From positions 2,897,116 through 2,961,115 of the forward strand of contig OZ257249.1 in assembly GCA_965279565.1 (NCBI GenBank): DNA of 64,000 bases. The letters are read 5' to 3'. The position numbers were made by a program, and so were the translations under genes. Below, piece after piece: positions 20,504 to 29,804 of the stretch (within the stretch, counting starts at the first letter, position 1; each line of letters begins with the position of its first letter). Source of the DNA: Tagaea sp. (GTDB taxonomy: Bacteria; Pseudomonadota; Alphaproteobacteria; CACIAM-22H2). The notes under the pieces were generated by a model. It was not told where the DNA came from and did not search any database. It saw only the letters and a program-made list of their open reading frames with translations.

Positions 20504-21438
20504 GCCTGGACCATGCGCTGGCGGATGCGCGGATCGATGATCGCATAGGCGACGTCGACCAGCAGGTTGATCAGCACGAAGAAAGCGGTGAACAGCATGA
20601 CGATGGCCATCGCGACCGGATAGTCGCGCGCGAACACCGAATCGATGGCCATCCGGCCCAGCCCCGGAATGTTGAAGATCGTCTCGACGACGAACGTGCC
20701 GCTGATGAGCCCGCCGAAAATGATGCCCATCGAGGTGAGCAGCGGAACCATTATGTTGCGCAGCGCATGGCGCAGGATCACGACCGGCTCGCTCAGGCCC
20801 TTCGCCCGGGCCGTGCGGATGTAATCCTGCCCGAGCACTTCCAGCATGAAGGTGCGGGTGAGGCGGGCGATATAGGCCGCACTCGGAATCGTCAGGATCA
20901 GAACCGGCAGCACGGCCTGGTCGAGACGGCCCCAGCCGGCGACCGGCAGCACGCCGAGCTTGATCGAGAACGCATAGACGAGAAACGTCGCGACGGCGAA
21001 ATTCGGGACCGACAGGCCGGCGACGAGGATCAGGATGATCGCTGTGTCGGTCGCCGTGTTGCGCCGGATCGCCGCAATCACGCCAGCAAGCGTGCCGATC
21101 GAGGCGCCGAGGCCGAGTGCGGCGAGCGCGAGCAGTGGGCTGATCTTCAACCCGTCCTGCAGCACCTCGACGACGGGAATACGGACATATCGGTAGGACA
21201 TGCCGAAATCACCGGTCAGGACGCCGCCGACATAAACGGCGAACTGCTCCCACATCGGCCGGTCGAGGCCGTATTCGGCACGCAGCCGGGCGGCCATTTC
21301 CTCGTTCGAGGAGTGGTCGCCCAGCATAACCATTACGGGATCGCCTGGCAGCGCATAGGTGGCAAGAAAGGTCGCGATGAGCACCACCGCAAGCACCGGC
21401 ACGATCATCACCAGCCGCCAGACGACGAACCGCAGCAT
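20500..21438 (-). CDS. peptide ABC transporter permease (DppB-like)
   Basis: 312 aa. ATGA overlap with the downstream permease gene. Confidence 0.85.
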   Translation of the reverse strand: MLRFVVWRLVMIVPVLAVVLIATFLATYALPGDPVMVMLGDHSSNEEMAARLRAEYGLDRPMWEQFAVYVGGVLTGDFGMSYRYVRIPVVEVLQDGLKISPLLALAALGLGASIGTLAGVIAAIRRNTATDTAIILILVAGLSVPNFAVATFLVYAFSIKLGVLPVAGWGRLDQAVLPVLILTIPSAAYIARLTRTFMLEVLGQDYIRTARAKGLSEPVVILRHALRNIMVPLLTSMGIIFGGLISGTFVVETIFNIPGLGRMAIDSVFARDYPVAMAIVMLFTAFFVLINLLVDVAYAIIDPRIRQRMVQA

Positions 21439-21453
21439 GTGTGGGTTACGCCT

Positions 21454-22998
21454 TTACTTGATCTCCGTCGCTATGAAGCGGTCAAATCCGAAAGGCGTGA
21501 CGGACGCGTTAGTCACGTTGGGCTTGATGAGCGCTACGTTCGCCGGCATGGGAAGGGGGGCCGCTCCTATGTCTTCGATATAGACCATCTCGGCCTGCCG
21601 GTAGAGCGCGAAGCGCTTCGTGTTGTCGACGGTGCCGACGGCTTCGTCGATAAGCGCATCGAACTTGGCATTGCTCCAGCGTCCCCGGTTATACGGGCTC
21701 TTCGAGTGCCACATCTGCTGGAGATAGTACATCGCGTCCGGATAGCCCGACGTCCAGCCCCAGGGGAAGAACGCGATCTCGCCGGCGTTCATCCCGCGGA
21801 TGAAGGTGGCGCGCTCCGCCACGTTGACGTTGACCTGCATGCCCAGCGTGCGGTTCAGCTCGTTGGCATAGTAGGTGAGCTCGTCCTTGAAGACGGCCGT
21901 GCAGGTGATGTCGATCGGCGGCAGGCCCCGGCCGCCCGGATATCCTGCCTCGGCAAGCAGCTTCTTGGCGCCTTCCGGATCGTATTTCGGCTTGGGCAGG
22001 TCGGCGAAATAGCCGGCCACGCCCGGCGTCGTGACGCCATGGAGCTGGAAGGCGGCGTTGTCGTAGAAGCCGCGGATCATCGCGTCGCGGTTGATCGCCA
22101 TCGAGATCGCCTCGCGCACGCGCTTGTCCTTGAACGGCGCGTAGACGTTGGCGTTCATGCCGAGATAGCGCGACTGCGCGCGCGGCACGACATGGCGCTC
22201 CTTCTGCTTGCTGGCGTCGCGCATCACGCGGCGCAACGTGTTCTCCTGCACGTCGAGAAAGTCCAGCTCGCCGGCTTCGTACTGCGACAGGGCCGTGTCG
22301 CCGCTGGGGATGACGAGGAAGCGGATCCCGTCGATCTTGGGCGAACCGGCCCAGTACGCCTTGTTCGCCTCGATCTCGACATGCACGCCGCGGCGCCATT
22401 CCTTGAACTTGTAGGGGCCGGTGCCGGCCGAGACACTGCGGACCCAGTCCACGCCTTTTTCAGCGACGATACCGGAATCCATGAACCAGATCGGATAGAT
22501 CGGGAACAGCACGTCGGGCTTCGTGAAGCGCACTTCGATCGTGTGGTCGTCGACGATCTTGATGCCGGAAAGCTCCTTGGTCGTCCCGGCCTTGACGGCG
22601 GCGACCCCCACGATGTTGGCGACGTAGCCCGCACCCAGGCCCGCCTTGGTGTCGGGGGCGGCGAGCTGCTCCATCGTGTACTTCACGTCCTTGGCCGTGA
22701 AGGTCCGGCCGCTATGGAACTTGACGTTCTTGCGCAGATTGAATCGGAACCCGTGCTCGCCCGGCAGCGCGGTCCAGGATTCGGCCAGCACGTTGATGAT
22801 CTTGCCGTCCGGCGTGTAGTCCGTGAAACCTTCATAGACGTTGCGGATGACGCGGCCGGCGATGATCTCGGAATAGGTGATCGGATCCATCATTGCCGGA
22901 TCGCCGGTGACGTTGATCCGGAGCGTCTTCGCGTCGACCGGGGTCGCCAGGGCCAGGGCCGCCAGCATGACGGCAAACGCGCTGCTGATGTACTTCAT
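21454..22998 (-). CDS. ABC transporter substrate-binding protein, family 5 (peptide/opine/nickel type)
   Basis: 514 aa with a signal peptide (MKYISSAFAVMLAALALATPVDA) and SBP_bac_5 architecture. Confidence 0.85.
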   Translation of the reverse strand: MKYISSAFAVMLAALALATPVDAKTLRINVTGDPAMMDPITYSEIIAGRVIRNVYEGFTDYTPDGKIINVLAESWTALPGEHGFRFNLRKNVKFHSGRTFTAKDVKYTMEQLAAPDTKAGLGAGYVANIVGVAAVKAGTTKELSGIKIVDDHTIEVRFTKPDVLFPIYPIWFMDSGIVAEKGVDWVRSVSAGTGPYKFKEWRRGVHVEIEANKAYWAGSPKIDGIRFLVIPSGDTALSQYEAGELDFLDVQENTLRRVMRDASKQKERHVVPRAQSRYLGMNANVYAPFKDKRVREAISMAINRDAMIRGFYDNAAFQLHGVTTPGVAGYFADLPKPKYDPEGAKKLLAEAGYPGGRGLPPIDITCTAVFKDELTYYANELNRTLGMQVNVNVAERATFIRGMNAGEIAFFPWGWTSGYPDAMYYLQQMWHSKSPYNRGRWSNAKFDALIDEAVGTVDNTKRFALYRQAEMVYIEDIGAAPLPMPANVALIKPNVTNASVTPFGFDRFIATEIK

Positions 22999-23095
22999 CG
23001 CCGTTCTCCTTGCGCGTCCGGCACGGAGGCGCCGGAAACTCGTTGATCACAAATACTGCGTCCTATTGTGCGGTGCGTCAACGAGCTCCTGAAGG

Positions 23096-24109
23096 TTACG
23101 GCGCCACGATCACCTTGCCGAAAACGCCCCGTTCGTCGAGGAGCCGCATCGCCTCGCCGGCGCGCTCCAGAGGGAAGCGCTCGGGATGGAGGACGGGCTT
23201 CAAGCTCCCGTCCTTGACCATCGCCAGGAGGGCAAGCACGTCGGCACGGGCCCAGCCGTTCGAGCCGACGATGTTGAGCTCGAATGTCCAGATGAAGCGG
23301 ATATCCTCGGGCGGGTCGTAGCCGGCCGTGGCGCCGCACGTCAGCATGCGGCCGTCGCGACGCAGCACGCGCAGCGCCTTGGTCCATGTGTCGCCGCCGG
23401 TGAAATTGACGACCACGTCGATGCCGCCTTCGTCGCGCCGCGACGTCCGCGCGCGGCCGAACAGCCGGTGGCATTCGGCCACCCAATCCGTCGTCGCATA
23501 GTTGATCCCGACATCGGCACCCAGGGCACGCAGGTGTTCGAGCTTCGTCTCGCTGGACGTGCACGCGACCACGCGAGCGCCGGCGCGGCGGGCCAGTTGC
23601 ACGCAGCAGGTTCCCACGCCGCCCGAAGCGCCGAGGATCAGGATGGTCTCGCCGGCGCGCAGTTTTCCGCGCTCCAGCACCATGCGATGCGCGGTGCCAT
23701 AGGCCGTGGGCAGCGCTGCCGCTTCGGCATAGCCGATCGCCGGATCGAGTGGGACGCACATGTGCGCCGGGACGCGGACGAGTTCGGCAAGGCCGCCATC
23801 GAAAGTCTCGCCCATGAAGCCGCGCTCGGCGCGGTTGATCGGATCGATCAGGACCCTGTCGCCGGGTCGGAAGTCCGTGACCGCACTGCCGACCGCTTCG
23901 ATGTCGCCGGCCGCGTCGATTCCCATGATGAGCGGGAACGGGATCTTGATCCCGGGCATGCCCTTTCGCGTGAAGACGTCGTGGTAATTGAGCGCGCAGG
24001 CGCGCACGCGCACGATCACGTCGCCGGGACCGGGCTGCGGATCGCGGTAGCCCGCCTCGAATGTCAGCTTCTCGAGGCCGCCATGTTCGCGGATGACGAC
24101 GGCGCGCAT
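23096..24109 (-). CDS. MDR-family zinc-type alcohol dehydrogenase / quinone oxidoreductase
   Basis: 337 aa with GroES-like N-terminus, Rossmann motif LILGASGGVGTCCVQLA, and catalytic/structural Cys and His residues. Confidence 0.8.
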   Translation of the reverse strand: MRAVVIREHGGLEKLTFEAGYRDPQPGPGDVIVRVRACALNYHDVFTRKGMPGIKIPFPLIMGIDAAGDIEAVGSAVTDFRPGDRVLIDPINRAERGFMGETFDGGLAELVRVPAHMCVPLDPAIGYAEAAALPTAYGTAHRMVLERGKLRAGETILILGASGGVGTCCVQLARRAGARVVACTSSETKLEHLRALGADVGINYATTDWVAECHRLFGRARTSRRDEGGIDVVVNFTGGDTWTKALRVLRRDGRMLTCGATAGYDPPEDIRFIWTFELNIVGSNGWARADVLALLAMVKDGSLKPVLHPERFPLERAGEAMRLLDERGVFGKVIVAP

Positions 24110-24122
24110 CGGCTCTCCTTAT

Positions 24123-24758
24123 CTACGGACCAGTGAGAACCAGCTTGCCACGCGGCGTCTCCAGTTCGGCAAGGAAACCTGGGGTGAGCGCCCGCTCGAC
24201 GCGGACCGGAACACTCAGGGCGCCATAGATCGCCTCGAGCCGTTCGCGGTCGGGATGGAGGGCGACGAAATTCAGCAGCCGGAGGCCACGCGGTGTCGAG
24301 CCGGATGGATGGGGGGAGTTGCCCCAGTCGATCGCGAACGGGACCGAGTCGCCGAAAGACTCGTCGCCGAAATAGAGGATCGACCAGTCGAGCCGCACGC
24401 CGTCGGCCCGCGTTCGGCCCATCGAGACCGGTCCGCGGATCGGGATGCCGGCCGATTGCGCCGCAAGGCGTATCGCCGCGAGATCGTCGCTGCGCACGGA
24501 GAAAGCGGTCAGTCCGGGGCGCGGCTGGGCCGCGATGCGTGCGCCGCGCGTTCCGGCGAGATCCTGCGCCGGATCCGGCGCGATGATCTCGAAATATAGG
24601 CCGTCACCGAGCGACAGCAGGCTGTTGCGTGTGCCGAAGCCCGCATGCACGCCGCCGCGCGCCGGCTTCACGCCGGACAGCACCGTGAAAAGTCGCTCGC
24701 CGGCTTCGAGATCGGGTGCGCCCCAGAGAATGTGATCGAGTTCCACCTTCACCCGCAC
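24123..24758 (-). CDS. VOC (glyoxalase/bleomycin-resistance/dioxygenase) superfamily protein
   Basis: 211 aa with paired beta-alpha-beta-beta-beta module pattern (LDHILWGAPDLEAGERLF...). Weak family-level call. Confidence 0.55.
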   Translation of the reverse strand: MRVKVELDHILWGAPDLEAGERLFTVLSGVKPARGGVHAGFGTRNSLLSLGDGLYFEIIAPDPAQDLAGTRGARIAAQPRPGLTAFSVRSDDLAAIRLAAQSAGIPIRGPVSMGRTRADGVRLDWSILYFGDESFGDSVPFAIDWGNSPHPSGSTPRGLRLLNFVALHPDRERLEAIYGALSVPVRVERALTPGFLAELETPRGKLVLTGP

Positions 24759-24764
24759 TTTCCT

Positions 24765-25190
24765 TCAGGTCTTGCTGAGATAGACGCCGCGTCCGCTCGC
24801 GACAAGCGCCCCGGCCTCGTCGTGGATGCGGGCCTCGGCTGTGCATAGTGTGCGCCCGAGTTTGAGAATACAGGACTTTGCCAGAAGCGGGCCAGGCATG
24901 GCCGGCCGATGGAAGTCGACGCGCATGTCGACCGTGGGCAGGCCATGGCCGAGACGAGCCGCTATCGCATAGTCGCCGGCGATGTCGACGAGCGCGCCGA
25001 GAATGCCGCCATGCGTATACCCGATCCCGGCGACAGAAACGAATTCGGGCCGCCAAGGCATCAGTAACTCGACTCCTTCCTTTGACAAGGCGTGAAGGCG
25101 CACACCAAGCCATTGGTGAAACGGAGATCGGCGCACCATTTCGTCCAGCGCCCCGAATGTGATCGAGGTATTGTCGGCCGAGGCGGTCAT
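24765..25190 (-). CDS. PaaI/YbgC-type hotdog-fold thioesterase
   Basis: 141 aa with the HGG motif region (GIGYTHGGILGALVDIAGDYA), typical of PaaI-family thioesterases. Confidence 0.75.
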   Translation of the reverse strand: MTASADNTSITFGALDEMVRRSPFHQWLGVRLHALSKEGVELLMPWRPEFVSVAGIGYTHGGILGALVDIAGDYAIAARLGHGLPTVDMRVDFHRPAMPGPLLAKSCILKLGRTLCTAEARIHDEAGALVASGRGVYLSKT

Positions 25191-25625
25191 TCCAGTCGCA
25201 AGGCCATTCTGGCGCTACCTGTCCGCTGACATTCAGGTGGATGGAGGGAGAGAGCTTCCCCCCGTTCCGGGTGGGATTCAATAACTTAAGCGCTTCGGTG
25301 CCTCCGTCGTCGACCTAACCGACACGCCCCCCGCGACGCCGCTGATCGGGCGAGGCCCGCACGTCAATCTCCATCACAATCTCGTGCACGCCGTTCAGGG
25401 CGGCGATGTCGATCTTACGGCGTCGATGGTGGAATGCTCGTGACGGCCGACATTCACGAACTGATCGCCCGTATACATTCGATCGTGCCGGGGCTTCTGT
25501 CGCGCCGCGCATCCTATCTGGCGTCGGACGACAGGATACCGTCGGTATGCACATCGGTATGTACAACGGTGGCTTGACCTTCTTGCTGGCATTTCGATGG
25601 CACGGCTCTCGGAGTGTATTCATTC

Positions 25626-25760
25626 CCCTTGGTTTCCACTCCTTTCCCTTCGTTGCCGGAAATTGTGGAAACCGCCATTGAAATCATTGAACTTCTGGAA
25701 ACCGGGGGCGACTGGGGGTTGCAGGTTCGAATCCTGACGCTCAGACCGTCAAAGAAGTCC
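25626..25760 (+). repeat. repeat family copy D: leader + GGGGGTTGCAGGTTCGAATCCTGACGCTCAGACCG
   Basis: Leader about 85-90% identical to copies A and C by eye (CCTTGGTTTCCACTCCTTTCCCTTCGTTGCCGGAAATTGTGGAAACCGCCATTGAAATCATTGAA...). Followed 30 nt later by a distinct tRNA 3'-end fragment. Confidence 0.75.
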
Positions 25761-25791
25761 GCCGCCGGGTGACCGTTCGGTGAGCATTGCC

Positions 25792-25820
25792 GTAGGTTCG
25801 AGCCCTACGGCGCCCACCAT
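25792..25820 (+). other. tRNA 3'-end fragment with intact CCA (GTAGGTTCGAGCCCTAC-GGCGCCC-A-CCA), different from the repeat-family tRNA module
   Basis: Perfect 5-bp T-stem and 7-nt loop, 7-nt acceptor strand, discriminator and CCA. No D-arm or anticodon arm upstream, so not a full tRNA. Typical of an att-site scar. Confidence 0.5.
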
Positions 25821-25826
25821 CGCTTT

Positions 25827-26666
25827 TCAAGCCGCCGCGACCGGCACAATGCGGCCATAGACCTCCGGCATCGCCGAAATGTCGTCCAGAGCCAGCCCGT
25901 CGACCGTCTCGAGACGTGTCCGGAATGCGCCGCCGGGATCGAGCTCGAGCGTCACGTAGCCGACGAGTTTCGTTCCGAACCGCTCCTGGTGCCCGTCACC
26001 GACGATGAATGCCGTCGACGGCGCCCAGACATGAACCGTCTCGCCGTCTTCGAATCGTCGGTACTGATGCATGTGGCCGCTCGCAATTAGCGTGGGGTGC
26101 TTCGCGCCGAACGCCTCCCAAAGGCGCGTCCGTGCGACGTTCCCGACTCGCCAGTAGGTGCCATCCGGATCGACGATCGCACCGAGGCGAAGCGGCTTGT
26201 GCGCGAAAAGCGCGATATGGCGATCGCCTGCCTCCCGCACCGCGGCGGACAGGAACTCGAACTGCGCCTCCGTATCGGGCCCTGCGGCCCCGGCCAGCAG
26301 CGTGTTGATTCCGATCAACCGCCAGCCCGGCACGTCGCGCACGAAGCGGTCGTCGCCGAAATGGGCGCGATAGCGCGCCAGGCGTGTCGCGTCGAGCGGC
26401 TGCTTGCGGGCGACCGACGGATCGTCGCCGACATCGTGGTTTCCCGGAACGGCGAGCCAGTCGAGCCCGATCCCGGAATGCAGGTCGCGGGCGAAGGCGA
26501 GATCCTCGGCGCTGTCGGCGCCATCCAGCGAGATGTCGCCGGTGTTGATCACGAGATCGGGTTCATCCCTGCGGAGCTTTGCGGCGATTGCCCTGAAATT
26601 TCCGACGAAATGCGGCTTCGAGGGCGAAAGGTGCGTATCGGATATCTGAGCGATCCGGAACGTCAT
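25827..26666 (-). CDS. metallophosphoesterase (calcineurin-like phosphoesterase)
   Basis: MTFRIAQISDTHLS...GDISLDG...GNHD motifs. Start chosen at the ATG preceded by a GGAGAA SD. Confidence 0.8.
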   Translation of the reverse strand: MTFRIAQISDTHLSPSKPHFVGNFRAIAAKLRRDEPDLVINTGDISLDGADSAEDLAFARDLHSGIGLDWLAVPGNHDVGDDPSVARKQPLDATRLARYRAHFGDDRFVRDVPGWRLIGINTLLAGAAGPDTEAQFEFLSAAVREAGDRHIALFAHKPLRLGAIVDPDGTYWRVGNVARTRLWEAFGAKHPTLIASGHMHQYRRFEDGETVHVWAPSTAFIVGDGHQERFGTKLVGYVTLELDPGGAFRTRLETVDGLALDDISAMPEVYGRIVPVAAA

Positions 26667-26727
26667 GGGGTTCTCCATCGGCGATAGGGCGCCGCACGGA
26701 ACGATCCGTGCGGCGCCGCATTGGAAC

Positions 26728-28023
26728 TCAACCGCGCGGGACGAGCTTGCGCACTTCGGTCGCCATGTCGGCCAGGACCTGCTCGGGCGTCGCCCGCTGT
26801 TCGGCTATGCGGGCGAGGTTGTCCACCATCACGTTGGTGACGCGCACCGAGTTGGCGCCCGGGAACGCGTACCAGGGGACCATCAGGTGGACCTGCTTCG
26901 TCGCCGCCTGGAACAGCGGGTTCTCGCGGTAGAAGGCACCCAGATACTTCGGATCGTCGATCGCGATCTGGTTGCACGGCACGTAACCGGTGTTGATCGC
27001 CATCAGCGTCGTGCCCTCGGCCGAGGTCGCGAACTTGACGAACTCCCAAGCCGCGCGCTGCTTGGCCGGATCCTTCGTCACGATCATGGCGCCGGCCCCG
27101 CCGGTCGGCAGGCGGCCCTTCTGCGGATCGATGACCGGCATCGTCGTGGTCTGCAGCACGAAGTTCTTGCCGACCGATTCGGAAATGCCGCGCACCTGTG
27201 CGGTCGTGCGGAACATCATGCCGAGCTTGCCGGCTGCGAACGCCTGCAGGTCGGCCGTGCCCGCGTAGTTGGGCATGCCGCCTTCCTTGACCATCCGGTC
27301 GAGCAGACGCAACGCGGCGAGGCCCTCGGGGCCGTTGAACGCCACATCGGTCTCCTGATCGTTCAGCATGCGCCCGCCATGGCCGTAGAGCAGGGCCGAG
27401 AACATCCAGTCGTCGCCGGGCCAGCGGAAGAACATACCTTCCGTGCCGTCACCCAGCGCCCGGATGCGTTTCGATGCGGCGATGGCGTCATCCCAGTTGT
27501 TCGGGAAGCGCGCCGGATCGAGGTTCGCCCGCTTGAACAGATCGACATTGTAGTAGGAGATCGGGTTGGAGGTCGCGAAGGCGAGGCCCGCCTGCATTCT
27601 CCCGTGGAAGCCGAGACCGAGCAGGGCCGGCGAATAGCCGAGCTTCGCCGGATCGCCCTCCTGCGCCAGCAGCGGGCGCAGGTCGACCGCGATGCCGCGC
27701 TCGGCGAACAGCCGCAGGCGGTTGAGGCCCTGGAACGACACGTCGGGGAGGTTCTGCGTGGCAGCCCCGCGCAGCAGCAGCTGGGCGCCGTCCTCGTAGG
27801 TCGGCGACGGGTTGGCATAGGTCGCCTGGATGTTCGGGAAGCGCTTCGCGAATGCCTCCATCACGGCGTCCTTCGCCGGCTTGAAGATCGCGGGCATCGA
27901 ATAGTGGACGCTGATCGCGACGGGGGCCTGCGCGCGTACGGCCGGGGCAAACAGGGCGGTGGTGGTAGCACCGGCCACGACGGCCAGCGCCGAACGTCGG
28001 GACAGGTTTCTTTCGATTTTCAT
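26728..28023 (-). CDS. sugar ABC transporter substrate-binding protein (family 1)
   Basis: 431 aa with signal peptide MKIERNLSRRSALAVVAGATTTALFAPAVRA and SBP_bac_1 features. Confidence 0.85.
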   Translation of the reverse strand: MKIERNLSRRSALAVVAGATTTALFAPAVRAQAPVAISVHYSMPAIFKPAKDAVMEAFAKRFPNIQATYANPSPTYEDGAQLLLRGAATQNLPDVSFQGLNRLRLFAERGIAVDLRPLLAQEGDPAKLGYSPALLGLGFHGRMQAGLAFATSNPISYYNVDLFKRANLDPARFPNNWDDAIAASKRIRALGDGTEGMFFRWPGDDWMFSALLYGHGGRMLNDQETDVAFNGPEGLAALRLLDRMVKEGGMPNYAGTADLQAFAAGKLGMMFRTTAQVRGISESVGKNFVLQTTTMPVIDPQKGRLPTGGAGAMIVTKDPAKQRAAWEFVKFATSAEGTTLMAINTGYVPCNQIAIDDPKYLGAFYRENPLFQAATKQVHLMVPWYAFPGANSVRVTNVMVDNLARIAEQRATPEQVLADMATEVRKLVPRG

Positions 28024-28054
28024 GTGTATCTCCTTCTCGGTTGGAAACGGGGCC

Positions 28055-28891
28055 TCATCCCTTGAAGCCGGTCATCGTGATGCCTTCGATGAAGCGCCGC
28101 TGGGCGAACAGGAACGCCAGCACCAGCGGTGCGGTGACGAGCGTGGCGGCGGCCATCAGCGCGCCATAATCGTCACCCGCCTCTTCGGCGCGGAAATAGA
28201 GGACACCGAGTGCAGGCGTGTAGAGGTCGCCTTTCGTGACGACGATCAGCGGCCAGAACAGGTCGTTCCAGTGTGCGACGATCGAGAAGATCGCGAAGGC
28301 CGTCGCGGCAGGCCACGCGTTCGGTACCGCGACGCGCCAGACGATCGACGCTTCGCCCATGCCGTCGATCCGTGCCGCGTTCACGAGATCGTCGGGCAGC
28401 GCCTTGAAGAACTGCCGGAACAGGAAGATCGCGAAGACGGAGATCGTGAACGGTGCCGCGAGCGCGGAGTAGGTATTCAGCATTCCCGTGCCGGCGAGCG
28501 CGATGTAGATCGGAATAGCCGGCACGTGCGTCGGGATCAGCAACCCGAGGATGACGAAGGCGAACAGGGTCTCCCGTCCGCGAAAGTGCAGCTTGGCGAG
28601 CGCGTAGCCCGCGGGAAGCGCGAAGGCGAGCTGGAAGGCAAGAATCAGCGCGCAGACGATCAGGCCGTTGATGATGTAGCGGCCGACGGGTACCTCGGCG
28701 AGGACGCGGCCGTAGTTCTCTGCCGCGTACCAGACTTGGGGCCAGAGTGAAAGCGTGGCGCTGAAGACTTCCGACCGCGGCTTGACCGACACCGCGAGCA
28801 TCCACACATATGGCATCAGGAACAGGAGGGCGAGCGTGCCCAGCAGGGCGAGCCGGGGCAGGTCCGCGCGCAGACTGGTGCGGTCAGCCAT
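28055..28891 (-). CDS. sugar ABC transporter permease (MalG-like)
   Basis: 278 aa with an EAA loop (AARIDGMGEASIVWRVAVP). Confidence 0.85.
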   Translation of the reverse strand: MADRTSLRADLPRLALLGTLALLFLMPYVWMLAVSVKPRSEVFSATLSLWPQVWYAAENYGRVLAEVPVGRYIINGLIVCALILAFQLAFALPAGYALAKLHFRGRETLFAFVILGLLIPTHVPAIPIYIALAGTGMLNTYSALAAPFTISVFAIFLFRQFFKALPDDLVNAARIDGMGEASIVWRVAVPNAWPAATAFAIFSIVAHWNDLFWPLIVVTKGDLYTPALGVLYFRAEEAGDDYGALMAAATLVTAPLVLAFLFAQRRFIEGITMTGFKG

Positions 28892-29804
28892 AATGCACCC
28901 GCCTTTCGATGAGGCGCTGCTGGACCAGCATCAGCGCGAGCACGACCGCAAGGAACACGACCGTCATCGCCGACGCGTAGCCCATGCGCAGGAACGTGAA
29001 GCCCTCCTGATAGATCGTGTAGACGATCAGTTCCGACGCCTTCGTCGGTCCGCCCTGCGTCAGGGTGGCAACCGTATCGAAGGTGCGGATGGCGCGGACC
29101 GTCGTGATGAGCACGACGAACAACATCGTCGGCCCGAGCAGCGGCCAGGTCACGAGCCGGAAGCGCTCCCAGACCGAACGAACCCCGTCCATCTCGCTCG
29201 CGGCGTAGAGTTCGCGCGGAATGGCGGTGAGGCCCGCGAGAATGAGCACGAGATTGAACCCGGCGTTCTCCCAGATCGAGATCAGGCCGAGCGAGATGAG
29301 CACCCAGTCGCTGCTTCCCAGCCAGTTCGGGCCCGCGATCCCGAAGCTCCGCAGGACGGCATTCACCGGACCGATCGTGGGGTGCAGCAGGTACTGCCAT
29401 GCCGTCGCCATGGCGACGACGAGCGAGACGACGGGCAGGAAGAATGCGGCGCGGAAGATAGCGCGTCCTCGGGCGTTCGCCTCGATGAGCAACGCAAGAA
29501 GCAGCCCTGCCGCGATCGAGGCCGGTGTCACGATCGCGACGAAGGTCGCCGTGTTCCGTATGGATGTCGCGAAGCCGCGGTCATGCAATAGTTCGGCGAA
29601 ATTCTCCAACCCGACATAGCGTAGCGACGGAAGGCCGAACTCGTAGTCGGTAAGCGCCAGCAGGCAGACGGCCAGAGTCGGCACGAGAAGGAAGCCCGCG
29701 AATGCGAGGATCGCCGGGCCGCACAGCAGCCAACCTGCGATCGCCTCGCCGGTCATCGCCATGCGCCGGCGGCCTGTCCGCCCGACGGCGGCGGCGTCAG
29801 CCAC
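28884..29804 (-). CDS. sugar ABC transporter permease (MalF-like)
   Basis: 306 aa with an EAA loop (ASEMDGVRSVWERFRLVTWP). Start may be an internal ATG. Confidence 0.8.
   Translation of the reverse strand: MADAAAVGRTGRRRMAMTGEAIAGWLLCGPAILAFAGFLLVPTLAVCLLALTDYEFGLPSLRYVGLENFAELLHDRGFATSIRNTATFVAIVTPASIAAGLLLALLIEANARGRAIFRAAFFLPVVSLVVAMATAWQYLLHPTIGPVNAVLRSFGIAGPNWLGSSDWVLISLGLISIWENAGFNLVLILAGLTAIPRELYAASEMDGVRSVWERFRLVTWPLLGPTMLFVVLITTVRAIRTFDTVATLTQGGPTKASELIVYTIYQEGFTFLRMGYASAMTVVFLAVVLALMLVQQRLIERRVHYG

Noticed and set aside
25191-25625. Possible integrase remnant or ORFs in the 435-bp spacer before copy D (e.g. 25315..25623 -, 25406..25681 +).
   Set aside because: The translations have no recognisable motifs and overlap the repeat leader. 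This is more likely promoter or non-coding sequence for the thioesterase operon.
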